Below are positions 9,489 to 19,395 of a stretch of 37,116 bases of DNA, piece by piece. A program made the translations under genes and the position numbers. The DNA is taken from positions 1 to 37,116 of the forward strand of contig JAUVXW010000039.1 of NCBI GenBank assembly GCA_030603385.1. Reading direction: 5' to 3'. The DNA comes from Promethearchaeota archaeon (GTDB lineage: Archaea > Asgardarchaeota > Lokiarchaeia > Sigyniarchaeales > SOKP01). The notes beneath the pieces are model-generated. The model was not told the DNA's origin and did no database searches. It was given only the letters and a program-made list of their open reading frames with translations. Position 1 is the first letter of the stretch. Every line of letters begins with the position of its first letter.

Positions 9489-11762
9489 TTATGTTTTCTT
9501 TAGTTGAAATATCTTATTTTTTATTAATTTAAGGATTATTTCGACATCTTTAGTTTGAAAACCTTTTTTTGTTGACAATAAATTAAAAACATAGAAATAA
9601 TCGGTATTATTAGCCTTCATTATTGATACGGCTCTCGTAATCATAGATTTTTCATCCGGACTAGTCTTGACTTGGTGTTTAATTACTTTTAAGGGGGAAT
9701 TAAGAGACGTTTCTAAATATTCTTCGAGTAGTTCCTTAATACCTATAAATGGACCAAGGTCTCCATCAAATTTTGAAATTGCGCTACTGAACTTTTTCTC
9801 AATTTCATAAGATAAAATTTTGATAGAATCTAAAAAATCATGAGAAGGGTTATCTTTCATGAGAAGCAATATTCTAAAATTCTTAAATTCTGACATTAAG
9901 ATCTTTAAATTCATATAATCTAATTTAATAGTTTGAGTGTATTCTTCTGAATCAGTTAATTCAATTCCAAAACTCCGTATTGCTTGCAAGAAACCTGAGA
10001 TTAGAGAACTATCAAATTTTTTCCCGCCATAAAGATGGTCGAAAATAGTCAATCCAGATTCTTTATCTGATATAATAAAATAATCTAAATTTAACATGTC
10101 CCTGTATTTATTAAATATTCTCTGTCGATGCTCTTTACGAATATTTCTGGATCTCTTAACAAGTTTATATGAAGCAAACCCCGTAGTTGAAATAATGGCT
10201 ATTCCGACAAGTATAATCATAATCAACATTGGATCTAAAGTAAATGGAATAATTATGTCAAAGACTTGTGATTGAATTCCTGCATCTGTATTATTATTCC
10301 AATAGATTTTAATAGTATATAACCCCTCGCGTGAATTTGAGGGAATTTTGTATGAAAAAAATGTTTCTTCTGATTGGACTTCTTTCACAATAGGTTCTTC
10401 AAAACCGTAATTTAAGGGATTAATTAGATCGAAAGTAACATTTCCTTCGTTAATAGGCGAAAAAACAGAGAATTGTAATTCTTGTCTAGGTTTCCATTTT
10501 AAATCATTAAGAACCAAATCAAAATTGATATTTGGTGAATATGCAACAATTTTCCAATCTGCTCCATCTTTAATTGTAGCGTTGTGTATAACGATGTATC
10601 TTTTATCCCAATTAATAGTAGTATTTGAAGTTATATTTTCCCATTCTGTACTTAATTTTCGGTAAACAGTTAAATTGAACCAACTTTTTGGAAAGTTAAA
10701 TTGTATAGAATAATTCGGTGAATTTCTGGAAAATATAGGAAAAAGCGTCCATTCATTATCGTAGTTTTCTTTAATAATTGCAGAACTTCTCGTTGAAAAT
10801 TCATTTGTTAAATGAATAGTATAATTATAATTGAAATTTAATTCTATAGTCTGATTAATTTGGAAAGGAATATATACATTAGTACTGCCGATAACATGAG
10901 AGATATTTGCGATCTCTAAAACCCCAGTTCCCATTTTTGGTCCGTTAATTATTTTGTAAGTCTCACCATTAAATTCAGAGGTCATATTTATATCCTCAGG
11001 ATTGTACATTCTTTCAACTCTCTGATTCAATTTAAATAAAAAGCTTGTATTCACGATCCCAGTACTCCAGGAAGTTATATAAGATGACGTATATAGATGT
11101 GGAATTTGAGGATTCAAGGTGTTCTTCTGCCAATAATATTTTGCTAGATAATTTTGAGGTAAATTAGTTCCGTTCATAACTAATGAATAATTCCCAATTG
11201 GAAGTGTAATTGGATCTGATGAAAAATCTTGATAATACCAATCCAAATTGGTAGAAATATTCAAATCGATAGATCTATAGATTGTATTATTAGGACTATA
11301 ATTACCTTCATCATATCCTTGTATTTGGAATTCAATAATCTCAGTTGCTTCTACAGTTTTATATCCTTTTATAAAAACACCATATATTTCAGTAAGTTCC
11401 AAAATTTCAAGTTGCGTTCCTAGCGCAAATGTCCTAAACATAGAATTTCTATTCCATAGTGTTTCTAATCCTGTTTCTATGTCTTCAAATATGTTAATTT
11501 CACTGCTTAAGCTTATATCCGAAATATTCATTTGTATATCTGTAACGGTCCAATTTGACTCGGGTAGTTGAATACTGATTGAACTTATATTGTCTTTTGT
11601 CCCTTTTATTTCTGAGTATTCAAAAAATTTAAAACTTGGATGAATTATATGAGACTCTGTATATAATTGAGCATGAGATAGATGTACAATTTGAAACAGG
11701 CTCAATACTAAAATTGATGTTACTAACACGGATAGACCAGAAATTTTTTTAAATTTTTTCAT
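9489..11762 (-). CDS. single-pass membrane protein: signal peptide, large extracellular beta-rich region, TM helix, cytoplasmic longin/roadblock-like domain
   Basis: N-terminal hydrophobic leader; TM MLIMIILVGIAIISTTGFASY; IISDKESGLTIF...LISGFLQAIRSFGIEL resembles Asgard longin-like domains. Confidence 0.7.
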   Translation of the reverse strand: MKKFKKISGLSVLVTSILVLSLFQIVHLSHAQLYTESHIIHPSFKFFEYSEIKGTKDNISSISIQLPESNWTVTDIQMNISDISLSSEINIFEDIETGLETLWNRNSMFRTFALGTQLEILELTEIYGVFIKGYKTVEATEIIEFQIQGYDEGNYSPNNTIYRSIDLNISTNLDWYYQDFSSDPITLPIGNYSLVMNGTNLPQNYLAKYYWQKNTLNPQIPHLYTSSYITSWSTGIVNTSFLFKLNQRVERMYNPEDINMTSEFNGETYKIINGPKMGTGVLEIANISHVIGSTNVYIPFQINQTIELNFNYNYTIHLTNEFSTRSSAIIKENYDNEWTLFPIFSRNSPNYSIQFNFPKSWFNLTVYRKLSTEWENITSNTTINWDKRYIVIHNATIKDGADWKIVAYSPNINFDLVLNDLKWKPRQELQFSVFSPINEGNVTFDLINPLNYGFEEPIVKEVQSEETFFSYKIPSNSREGLYTIKIYWNNNTDAGIQSQVFDIIIPFTLDPMLIMIILVGIAIISTTGFASYKLVKRSRNIRKEHRQRIFNKYRDMLNLDYFIISDKESGLTIFDHLYGGKKFDSSLISGFLQAIRSFGIELTDSEEYTQTIKLDYMNLKILMSEFKNFRILLLMKDNPSHDFLDSIKILSYEIEKKFSSAISKFDGDLGPFIGIKELLEEYLETSLNSPLKVIKHQVKTSPDEKSMITRAVSIMKANNTDYFYVFNLLSTKKGFQTKDVEIILKLIKNKIFQLKKT

Positions 11763-11943
11763 CTCTCTACAAAAACCTATTATTCCTACCTTATTGAAAT
11801 GAATGAACTATGTATTGTCTTTTATATACTTTAAATACCTACTAAAATAGTATTAATATTAGCATAAAAATTTATGTCAAAAATGTCAAAAAAATAAATA
11901 AATCAATAATTGATTTGAGGCTCACTTAATCGAGTAATATTTT

Positions 11944-12191
11944 ATGGTAGATCCTGAAAGGATCTATAATTTGAATCTTCACTAGAGTGTCGCTAAAGCT
12001 AAAAGTAGGGATTATAAGAGTAAGTTAGCTATTGCCCCTCTGAAAATGGGAGTATTTTCATAGCAACTTTAGACTTTCACATGGGCAAATTACTTTCGAA
12101 ACTTGCGAAGAAGAAAATGCAATAAATATCCCAACACATGATTAAAGAAGGGCAAAATTTGAAAAAGATTTTAGAAAAATCTTTATCTTAA
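11944..12191 (+). pseudogene. decayed ORF of unknown family ending just before an A box
   Basis: Coding-like frames with internal stops (...FIATLDFHMGKLLSKLAKKKMQ*ISQHMIKEGQNLKKILEKSLS*). Confidence 0.25.
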
Positions 12192-12194
12192 CAC

Positions 12195-12233
12195 TCAGTT
12201 TTTTCACGGAACCATAATCATAAGCTTAATGTT
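12195..12233 (+). repeat. degenerate A box plus start of spacer S
   Basis: TCAGTTTTTTCACGG followed by AACCATAATCATAAG, compare AACCGTAATCCTAAG after the 9264 box. Confidence 0.6.
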
Positions 12234-12349
12234 AGGTTTAAATATTTAAACCCAAGAATTAATCTTATCAAAAAAATGAAGACTTTAGTAAAATAAATTC
12301 ATTAATAAATATATATATAAATATTTATATAATTAATTAGGATTAAAAT

Positions 12350-12607
12350 ATGACATCGAAGATGATTTCAATTAGAGAGGAAATCTACAAAGATTTAAAG
12401 CGATTGAAGGCCCCAAACGAAAGTTTTTCTGAATTAATTGAACGCTTAATAATTGAACGAAAAAAAGATCCTTTAAAACACTTTGGAATCCTGAATGAAC
12501 TTCCTGATAATGTTCTTGATGACTTCGAGAATGCCATTATCGAGGCAAGAAGAGAAGATAAAAAAAGGGCAGTAGAAAGATTTTCTGAAAATTGGGATGA
12601 TCTCTAA
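12350..12607 (+). CDS. vapB: VapB-type antitoxin (DUF217/VAPB_antitox)
   Basis: KMISIREEIY-x-x-LKRLK-x-PNESFSELIERL; TAATG overlap with the PIN gene. Confidence 0.8.
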   Translation: MTSKMISIREEIYKDLKRLKAPNESFSELIERLIIERKKDPLKHFGILNELPDNVLDDFENAIIEARREDKKRAVERFSENWDDL

Positions 12608-13023
12608 TGATTGTGTTAGATACAAATGTTATTATTGATCTTGGGCGCGGTCGTTCAGGTGTAAAAAAAAAGTTAGAAAATTTCAAGGGAGCTGAATTTG
12701 CGATATCTGCTATAACAATCCAAGAGATTTATGTGGGATTAGGCTATATCTTGGAAAAACACGGGAAGGAATTATATGAGAAAAATAAGGAAAAAAGCCA
12801 AAATTTATTAGAAGATTGTACAATTTTAAAAATTACTAGACCTATATTAGAGCACTCAGGATTAAAAAAAGGAAAATTAAGGGCTAAAGGTGTTACTATA
12901 GAGATTCAAGATTTAATAATCGGCTCTACCGCAGAGATATTAGGTGCTGAAAAAATCATAACTAGAAACCCTAAACATTTTGAAGTTTTTAAAGTTCGAA
13001 TTGAATCTTATGAGTTGGAATAA
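12607..13023 (+). CDS. vapC: VapC PIN toxin
   Basis: IVLDTNVIID, ISAIT-x-x-E, DLIIG, TRN-x-KHF. Confidence 0.9.
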   Translation: MIVLDTNVIIDLGRGRSGVKKKLENFKGAEFAISAITIQEIYVGLGYILEKHGKELYEKNKEKSQNLLEDCTILKITRPILEHSGLKKGKLRAKGVTIEIQDLIIGSTAEILGAEKIITRNPKHFEVFKVRIESYELE

Positions 13024-13095
13024 AATTTGGGGGGAAATATATGGTTTTTGAGAAAGGTAAAGAATTTGGGTGTGAAGCATTCCACTGTTTGAAGC

Positions 13096-13224
13096 TTGAA
13101 TTTTCTTCTCGATGAGAATGTACCTACCTCGATTAAAGATGTAATTCATGATTTAGGTTTTGATGTTTTCACCTTACATGATTTCAATATGCTAGGTATT
13201 CAGAATGGTTTTTTCACTCCTTAA
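13096..13224 (+). pseudogene. truncated DUF5615 toxin (longest of three remnants)
   Basis: NFLLDENVPTSIKDVIHDLGFDVFTLHDFNMLGIQNG; near-identical DNA to 8446-8505. Confidence 0.75.
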
Positions 13225-13423
13225 CTGTTCTTTCAAATTCATCTAAAACTTCATCCGAAAGATTTTTTGCGATACCAAAATGTTTTAAGGGGTTCTTCTG
13301 TTGATTTGCGATCAACCGTTCTATTAATTCTGAAAAGCTTTCATTCGGTTCTTTTAATTTCTTCAAGTTTTTATATATATCATCTCGAATTGAAATCATT
13401 TTTGAAGTCATATTTTTCACCAT
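13214..13423 (-). CDS. orphan, C-terminally shortened VapB paralogue
   Basis: MTSKMISIRDDIYKNLKKLKEPNESFSELIERLI closely matches 12350..12607; no toxin downstream. Confidence 0.75.
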   Translation of the reverse strand: MVKNMTSKMISIRDDIYKNLKKLKEPNESFSELIERLIANQQKNPLKHFGIAKNLSDEVLDEFERTVKE

Positions 13424-13487
13424 GAATATAAATAAAATTCACTATATGCCTCTCCAAGGATCTTTTGCTCCAAAAACTCACAAAAAA

Positions 13488-14393
13488 TTATTGATCATTA
13501 TAAAGTGGGGATCCTGTTTTCATAAAACGATTCAAGTGACGCATCGAAGCTACAATTTTTCCAGTTTCTTTTTCTTCTAATGTAGAATCAAGCCATAAAT
13601 ATTCTGTTTTCCTAGATCCTCCAATGCAAGCGTATTTCCCTTTTGCAATATAAGAAACACCGATGAGTGCTGGTCCGTTTATATTCCTTAGCTCGGTCGC
13701 ACCATAGAATGGAACAGCTTGGAATTCATCCGTACTTGTGTGCTCAAAACCCAACCCCATAGCCTCAAACAGAGCTGTAGGATAGAAGATCGCATTCCCC
13801 CACGGAGATTTATCTTTTCCTTTATAATACTCCAGTTGGTCTGTTATTCTTCTTAATCCCCTATTGGCATCTTCTTGTGTAAGTAAAATCTCCCTAGAAG
13901 GAAGCTCATCCCCGACTTTCAATTTTGCTAAAATACGTAACTCCTCGGGCTTACTATTTCTTAGTTCTGCCGCTTGTAAATATGATGGTTCTTTGGGTGA
14001 ACCTATTGATACTGTCCCTGTCATTATTTGTTGTCCATTTTTCAATTCAGCCCACGCGTTAACTTGCACATTTTTCGTTGCAATGGGTAGCATCTCTTCA
14101 GTTGTATCTGGGGGTAATTCAATGATAGCTCTTACTTCTTCTTTATCGACTGTTGCAAACGTGTAATACATGCTAACAGTACCCTGCTCAAACCAACGAT
14201 CACCAAATATTTTTTGCGCCAAAGGTGTGAACATACTCAAATGTATAGTTCCTTGTATCGTTCCTCCACGCATGCCAACACTTTTAGTTACATCATCATC
14301 GTGAATTGATGTAGTACTGGCTCTAGCAAGATTTTCTGGTGCTCGCAAACCTCCGAACATTTTTCCATCTTTTATTTCAATATCATCTACCAT
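13488..14393 (-). CDS. putative MaoC-like / double hot-dog fold protein
   Basis: SIHDDDVTKSVGMRGGTIQG resembles the hydratase-2 motif. Confidence 0.5.
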   Translation of the reverse strand: MVDDIEIKDGKMFGGLRAPENLARASTTSIHDDDVTKSVGMRGGTIQGTIHLSMFTPLAQKIFGDRWFEQGTVSMYYTFATVDKEEVRAIIELPPDTTEEMLPIATKNVQVNAWAELKNGQQIMTGTVSIGSPKEPSYLQAAELRNSKPEELRILAKLKVGDELPSREILLTQEDANRGLRRITDQLEYYKGKDKSPWGNAIFYPTALFEAMGLGFEHTSTDEFQAVPFYGATELRNINGPALIGVSYIAKGKYACIGGSRKTEYLWLDSTLEEKETGKIVASMRHLNRFMKTGSPLYNDQ

Positions 14394-14729
14394 ATAACGT
14401 TTACCTCTTCTTATTTAATTTTTAAAAATTGATATTAACTAATTGAATATTTTTCAAAAAACTAACATATCTATATTAAGTTTAAATCTTAAATAATTTT
14501 GATGAAATCAGAATGATATCAAATCCCTTATACAACGCAGATGTTGGCAGCTAATGCGTATGGGTACAAAACCATAATTTTAAGTTGAAAATATATTATT
14601 TAAGAAAAGGTGCTGTGAAACCACACGATTTTCAAGCATTTCTAATTGAATATAAAGAAAGGAAATATTAATGCTGCATTCACATTCATTTTTCAAAAAC
14701 ATTTTAACTATGGGAAAACTCCAGTAATT

Positions 14730-15524
14730 ATGACAATAGATGGAATAGATCAAGGAACTTGTTCTAAGTGTTATTCATGCATCCAAGTTTGTCCAGCTAC
14801 GCTCTACAAAAAAATGGAAGATGGGAGCGTGAAGTTCCTTACTAATCAGTATTGCATTAAATGTGGACATTGCGTGAGTGCGTGTCCAGAAGATGCGATT
14901 ATAAGAAGTGACATGGATGACGTTGAAGATTTCCCCGTAGGGAAAAACATAGACGATTTCGTGGAATATGGGGATTTAATGAATCTTTTTCGGGCAAAGC
15001 GCTCGTTAAGACGATATAAAAAGAAAAAAGTTGACGATGATTCATTGAATAAGATTTTTAAGGCTATTAGATACGCTCCATCTGGAGGTAACAGCAGAAT
15101 GTGGAAATTCGTGCTTGTTTCCGATCAGAAAAAGATAGAAATCCTCCGTGAAAGGATTATAGAGGAAGTGTCGAAAGCAATTCCTCAGTATGGTAAAAGT
15201 TATCGAGTGAAAAAAAAGTTAGGGATGGATCCCATATTTTTCAATGCACCACATCTGTTGATTCTTTATTATCCACCTAATTCACTATCAAACGGGATAA
15301 ATTCGGGGATTGCTTTGACTTATGGTATGTTAGCAGCCGAAAGCATAGGTGTCGGAAGCTGTTGGATAGGTGTAGCTCATAGGCTATTGGCAGTTAATGA
15401 AGATCTAAGGAATATGTTTAACATCGACGGAGTAGTAGATGGTGTTATAACCTTAGGGTATCCAGCTATTAAATACTACAGGTTTCCGTCCCGTTCACCT
15501 CTCAAAATATCAAAAATAGAATGA
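14730..15524 (+). CDS. nitroreductase family protein with N-terminal 2x[4Fe-4S] domain
   Basis: CSKCYSCIQVCP, CIKCGHCVSACP, RSLRRY, APSGGN, GVGSCWIG; ATG 14730 preferred over the track's TTG at 14646. Confidence 0.9.
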   Translation: MTIDGIDQGTCSKCYSCIQVCPATLYKKMEDGSVKFLTNQYCIKCGHCVSACPEDAIIRSDMDDVEDFPVGKNIDDFVEYGDLMNLFRAKRSLRRYKKKKVDDDSLNKIFKAIRYAPSGGNSRMWKFVLVSDQKKIEILRERIIEEVSKAIPQYGKSYRVKKKLGMDPIFFNAPHLLILYYPPNSLSNGINSGIALTYGMLAAESIGVGSCWIGVAHRLLAVNEDLRNMFNIDGVVDGVITLGYPAIKYYRFPSRSPLKISKIE

Positions 15525-15766
15525 TATTAACTATGGTCATGATCAAATTCATCATTTTTAAGCAAATTGGGGAATATGTCGCATGAAGATTGAAGAAAGA
15601 TTATTCTAATGGATTGCTGAGGCCGCCCTTAAACTATCTACTTCTGAATAATAAGATTTTTTTAAAAAGATCCCAAATATTGAAAGATATTGGACTTTAT
15701 ATTTATATTCTATTAACAAATAATTTTTATATTCTATTAACTGACGTCATATTAAGGTATGATAAA

Positions 15767-16249
15767 ATGAAATATATGAGAAATCAATTCATAATCGCTG
15801 GTTCTTTTTTGTGGTGGGGTATTACGGTCCTAATCGCTGGTGTTCTTTTTTGGTGGGGTATTACCCTCTTGCAGTGGTCATGGTCGGGATTTTTAGTGAT
15901 TGGTTTTGGTGTTATTATTTTATCTAGCCAAATCGTTGCGATAACTAATAGGAGTAAATTACGGAGGGTAGTTTTACAAGAATTCCAGACAACTCCTGAA
16001 GCTTCAATAGAAGATGTCAATATGAGAACTGGAATTTCTAGAATGGATGTTCGAGCAATTATTCTAGATCTGAAAGCATCAGGGCAATTAATTGGTAAAT
16101 TTTCAGCAAAAACAGGGCAAATAAAAAATGTATCAATTCAAAAAGAACCCGTTAACTCAGAAGAAAGGAGTACATATTGTCTTAATTGTGGAACACCTAT
16201 AGGTAAAGAATCAGCACAATACTGTGTCTATTGTGGTGCTAAAATATAA
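15767..16249 (+). CDS. membrane protein with HTH-like middle and C-terminal zinc ribbon
   Basis: Hydrophobic N-terminus; CLNCG...YCVYCG; start probably ATG 15767 or 15776. Confidence 0.7.
   Translation: MKYMRNQFIIAGSFLWWGITVLIAGVLFWWGITLLQWSWSGFLVIGFGVIILSSQIVAITNRSKLRRVVLQEFQTTPEASIEDVNMRTGISRMDVRAIILDLKASGQLIGKFSAKTGQIKNVSIQKEPVNSEERSTYCLNCGTPIGKESAQYCVYCGAKI
15792..15864 (+). repeat. 39-bp in-frame tandem duplication
   Basis: TAATCGCTGGT...TGGTGGGGTATTAC twice (IAGSFLWWGIT / IAGVLFWWGIT). Confidence 0.8.
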
Positions 16250-16251
16250 AT

Positions 16252-16404
16252 TCAACCGATTGTTTCATTATCACATGCTTTATCTAATCTATTCATTTCA
16301 GGAAATAATACTAATGAAAATGACGTCTCTGCTTCATCAGCATCTATGAAAGGAGTGTCAAATGGTCGTCCAAGTTCTTTATCCATGCTTTACGTTGGTA
16401 TTGC
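16252..16404 (-). pseudogene. creatininase-family hydrolase fragment
   Basis: DKELGRPFDTPFIDADEAETSFSL / FPEMNRLDKA across a frameshift resembles the HA-x-E-x-ETS...PE motif. Confidence 0.5.
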
Positions 16405-16563
16405 CTTGAAGTAGAATCTATATTATGTAGCTTTAAATCGATCTTTAGAGTCCTGAGACTACTACAAGATAATTAAAGAAACTGCTGAGAAACGAGTAAT
16501 AAACCTTTAAAAACTAAAACAATTCAAATAATGAAATTAACAAAAAATTTGTAGGAATTTGAA

Positions 16564-17685
16564 ATGACACAAGTAGAAGAGAGTTATGAACATATTCGTA
16601 AATTATTTAGTTCTGGATTTTCAACACCCTTACCAAAACATGAGCTCACATATAAATTAATCCAAAATATGTATCATGAAGAAGAAGCATCAGTTATTCT
16701 ATCAAGTTTCAAAGAGATTAGGGAGTATCTTACTGTTGACCAGATCAGTGAAAAATCTGGTGTAAAAAACAAGGAAGAATTAAAAAAAATGCTCGATCAT
16801 ATGGTATTTAAAGGTAGCCTTATGAGAGGAAGAGATTCAACATATTATATGTTTTCATATTTACCTGGAATTTTCGAAGCATATTTCACTGCTGTAAGGG
16901 ATACACCGGAGAGACTGAAAGAAGCTGGAAAAGCGCATAGAGGTTTACGTAAAATAAGTTTCGGAGCTGATGGAAATTGGCCGGTTCCGTTGCCGACAAA
17001 ATTTAATAAAGAAAGTGGGTGGAGATTTGTTCCTGCTATGGAACCCGTATCAAGATCAATAGAAATCAATGAAACGCTTGATGTAAAAAATGAAATACTG
17101 CCATACGAGGTTCTTGAGAAGTATTTGTCTGTGTATGAAGTATTTTCAGAGACTCCTTGCAGTTGTAGAGAAACAGCAAAATTAGCAGATGAACCATGTG
17201 AGAGAACGAGTGAAAATTTTTGCATCCAAGCAGGAGATTTTGCTGAAGGTGCTATTAGAAGTGGAACAGGTAAAAAGTTGAGTTATGATGAGGCAATGAA
17301 ACGCTTGAAAGAAGCAGAAAAGAATGGATTAGTCCATTCTACTATGAATAAATTAGACCCTTCGATGTTTATCTGTAATTGTTGTCCATGTTGTTGTATG
17401 GCCTTAGCTCCAGTGGTAAAAGGATTTAAACTCGGTGTAGCAAAATCGAATTTTGATCCTATAATTGATCCTGATTTATGTGTGCTATGCGACACGTGTG
17501 TAGATATTTGTCCAGTGGGGATTATTGAACACATTGACGACTCTGATGGTGAAAAAATCATTTTCAGTCTTGATGGTTGTTTAGGATGCGGTTTATGTGC
17601 TTCAAATTGCCCAGAAGAAGCAATTTCTTTAGAAAAAGTTAGAAATCATATTCCTCCTCAATCAATGGGAAATATATTCTCTTAA
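16564..17685 (+). CDS. 4Fe-4S binding protein with N-terminal HTH-like region
   Basis: CSCR, GLVH, ICNCCPCCC, CVLCDTCVDICP, CLGCGLCASNCP. Confidence 0.85.
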   Translation: MTQVEESYEHIRKLFSSGFSTPLPKHELTYKLIQNMYHEEEASVILSSFKEIREYLTVDQISEKSGVKNKEELKKMLDHMVFKGSLMRGRDSTYYMFSYLPGIFEAYFTAVRDTPERLKEAGKAHRGLRKISFGADGNWPVPLPTKFNKESGWRFVPAMEPVSRSIEINETLDVKNEILPYEVLEKYLSVYEVFSETPCSCRETAKLADEPCERTSENFCIQAGDFAEGAIRSGTGKKLSYDEAMKRLKEAEKNGLVHSTMNKLDPSMFICNCCPCCCMALAPVVKGFKLGVAKSNFDPIIDPDLCVLCDTCVDICPVGIIEHIDDSDGEKIIFSLDGCLGCGLCASNCPEEAISLEKVRNHIPPQSMGNIFS

Positions 17686-17792
17686 ATATTACCACATTTT
17701 TTTATTATATTTATTCTGAAAAAGTATTCCAGTTTTCTATTACTTTTTTCTTTACTTTTGAGTAAAATGATTTAAATTAAATATATATTAAT

Positions 17793-19256
17793 TTATTTAA
17801 TGTTATTAATTGAGGCTTTTAAGACGCTCTCAAATTTATCGCAAATAAAATCAGCATCTTCCTTACTTATTATGATTGGAGGTTTGATTTTTATTAAATT
17901 GTGCATCAAGATTTTTCCAGTTGTGGTGGTATACGGCATACTTGGACCGAATAATATATGTTGTCTCATTCCCTCAGCAAGCATTTCATTCATTAATTCT
18001 GAGTGTGGTGCTCTACTTGTTTGATCTTTAACCATTTCGATACCAATAAATAATCCTGGTCCTCGAATATCTCCGATGACTTTATAGTTTTCTTGAAGCT
18101 CTTTTAATCTTTTTGTTATTTGTTTACCTCGTTCCTCACAATTTTCTCCGTATTTAGCTTTCTCTATAACTTTTATGGATGCCAATCCCGCTGTTAAACT
18201 TATTGGGGTATTGCAAAAGGTTGTGTGATCTTCCGAAGGAGAGAAGCGCTTTCGTATCTTTTTCGATGCAATCATAGCTCCAAGTGGAAATCCGCCACCA
18301 ATAGCCTTCGTAAAGCACATCATATCAGGTGACACATCGAAATTTAATTCCTTTTCGTACCTCTCAGATAGGGTAAAATATTTTCCAGTCCTCCATACTG
18401 CTGTTTGACACTCATCATATATCCTAAAAATTTTTTCTTCATCACAGATCTCTTTCAGTTTCTCCAAATACTCTGGTGGAAATGGTATGTGACCTCCAGG
18501 ACCTTGACAGGGTTCAAGCAACACTGCTGCTAATCTCCTTGAGGTTAATCCCGTTAGATATTTTTTTGTTAATTCAAAACATTCCATATTACATTGGGGA
18601 TCCTTATTACCATACAATCCTTCCTTATAGTTCCACAGGCATCGATAACAATATGGTTGGGGAATTTTTGGAAACACATCGATTCCAAACCCACGGAATC
18701 TGGTAACCGCGTGTATGGGGTGTGAAGCGGTGATCATTGCTAAGCTATTCCCATGATATGCTCCTTGAAATGTTAAGATTTGTTCACCCTCTTTCGAAGC
18801 TATTAATGAGAGTTTTATTGCAGCTTCGATGGCAGCACCCCCACCAGAATTATTCACATGTACTCTTCCATCCTTTAATCTTCCCGGTCCTAATTCCGCT
18901 AGCTTATTAACAAATTTCACCCTAGCTGGGGAGGTTCCACTCGATTTAATATGAGTCAATCTTTTCATTTGTTCTGAAACAGCATAATTAATATCAGGAT
19001 TAGCAAAGCCTAAAGCTAGAACCCAATTTTGCGAAGTACAATCAAGCATTTGAGAAAATTCACCACTTTTAAGATTTTTCACCACAACCCAAGGAGATCC
19101 CGGTTCTTTTGCTTCGATAAATACATTAGATTCATAGTGGACATTTAGGCAGTGATCTTCAAAAAGTAGCAAATCCTCCTCATTTACTTCCGCCGAGATT
19201 TTGGTTAATTCTTCTTTACTTAATATTTTTGGATTAAAATCTGCCATGATCTTCAT
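17793..19256 (-). CDS. class III PLP aminotransferase (4-aminobutyrate aminotransferase-like)
   Basis: SGG-x-AIEAAIKL, FQGAYHG, LEP-x-QG-x-GG, DECQT...RTG, PDMMCFTKAIGGG, IRG-x-GLFIGIE. Confidence 0.9.
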   Translation of the reverse strand: MKIMADFNPKILSKEELTKISAEVNEEDLLLFEDHCLNVHYESNVFIEAKEPGSPWVVVKNLKSGEFSQMLDCTSQNWVLALGFANPDINYAVSEQMKRLTHIKSSGTSPARVKFVNKLAELGPGRLKDGRVHVNNSGGGAAIEAAIKLSLIASKEGEQILTFQGAYHGNSLAMITASHPIHAVTRFRGFGIDVFPKIPQPYCYRCLWNYKEGLYGNKDPQCNMECFELTKKYLTGLTSRRLAAVLLEPCQGPGGHIPFPPEYLEKLKEICDEEKIFRIYDECQTAVWRTGKYFTLSERYEKELNFDVSPDMMCFTKAIGGGFPLGAMIASKKIRKRFSPSEDHTTFCNTPISLTAGLASIKVIEKAKYGENCEERGKQITKRLKELQENYKVIGDIRGPGLFIGIEMVKDQTSRAPHSELMNEMLAEGMRQHILFGPSMPYTTTTGKILMHNLIKIKPPIIISKEDADFICDKFESVLKASINNIK

Positions 19257-19395
19257 ACCTTTTAAAACTTCTTATATTAAAGATTACTTTATTCAAAAAT
19301 CTATTCCTTCTTGTTATAAATATTCTTTACTTTTGATTAAAATAATAAAATAACTTTTTTTGGAATAATATATTTGATGTTTTTAAGGTGGTATA

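Noticed and set aside
12940-13149. 69-aa minus-strand ORF
   Set aside because: Antisense to the vapC end and to the DUF5615 remnant.
14500-14645. Possible transposase remnant (NAYGYK-like)
   Set aside because: Too short, with no supporting frame or terminal repeats.
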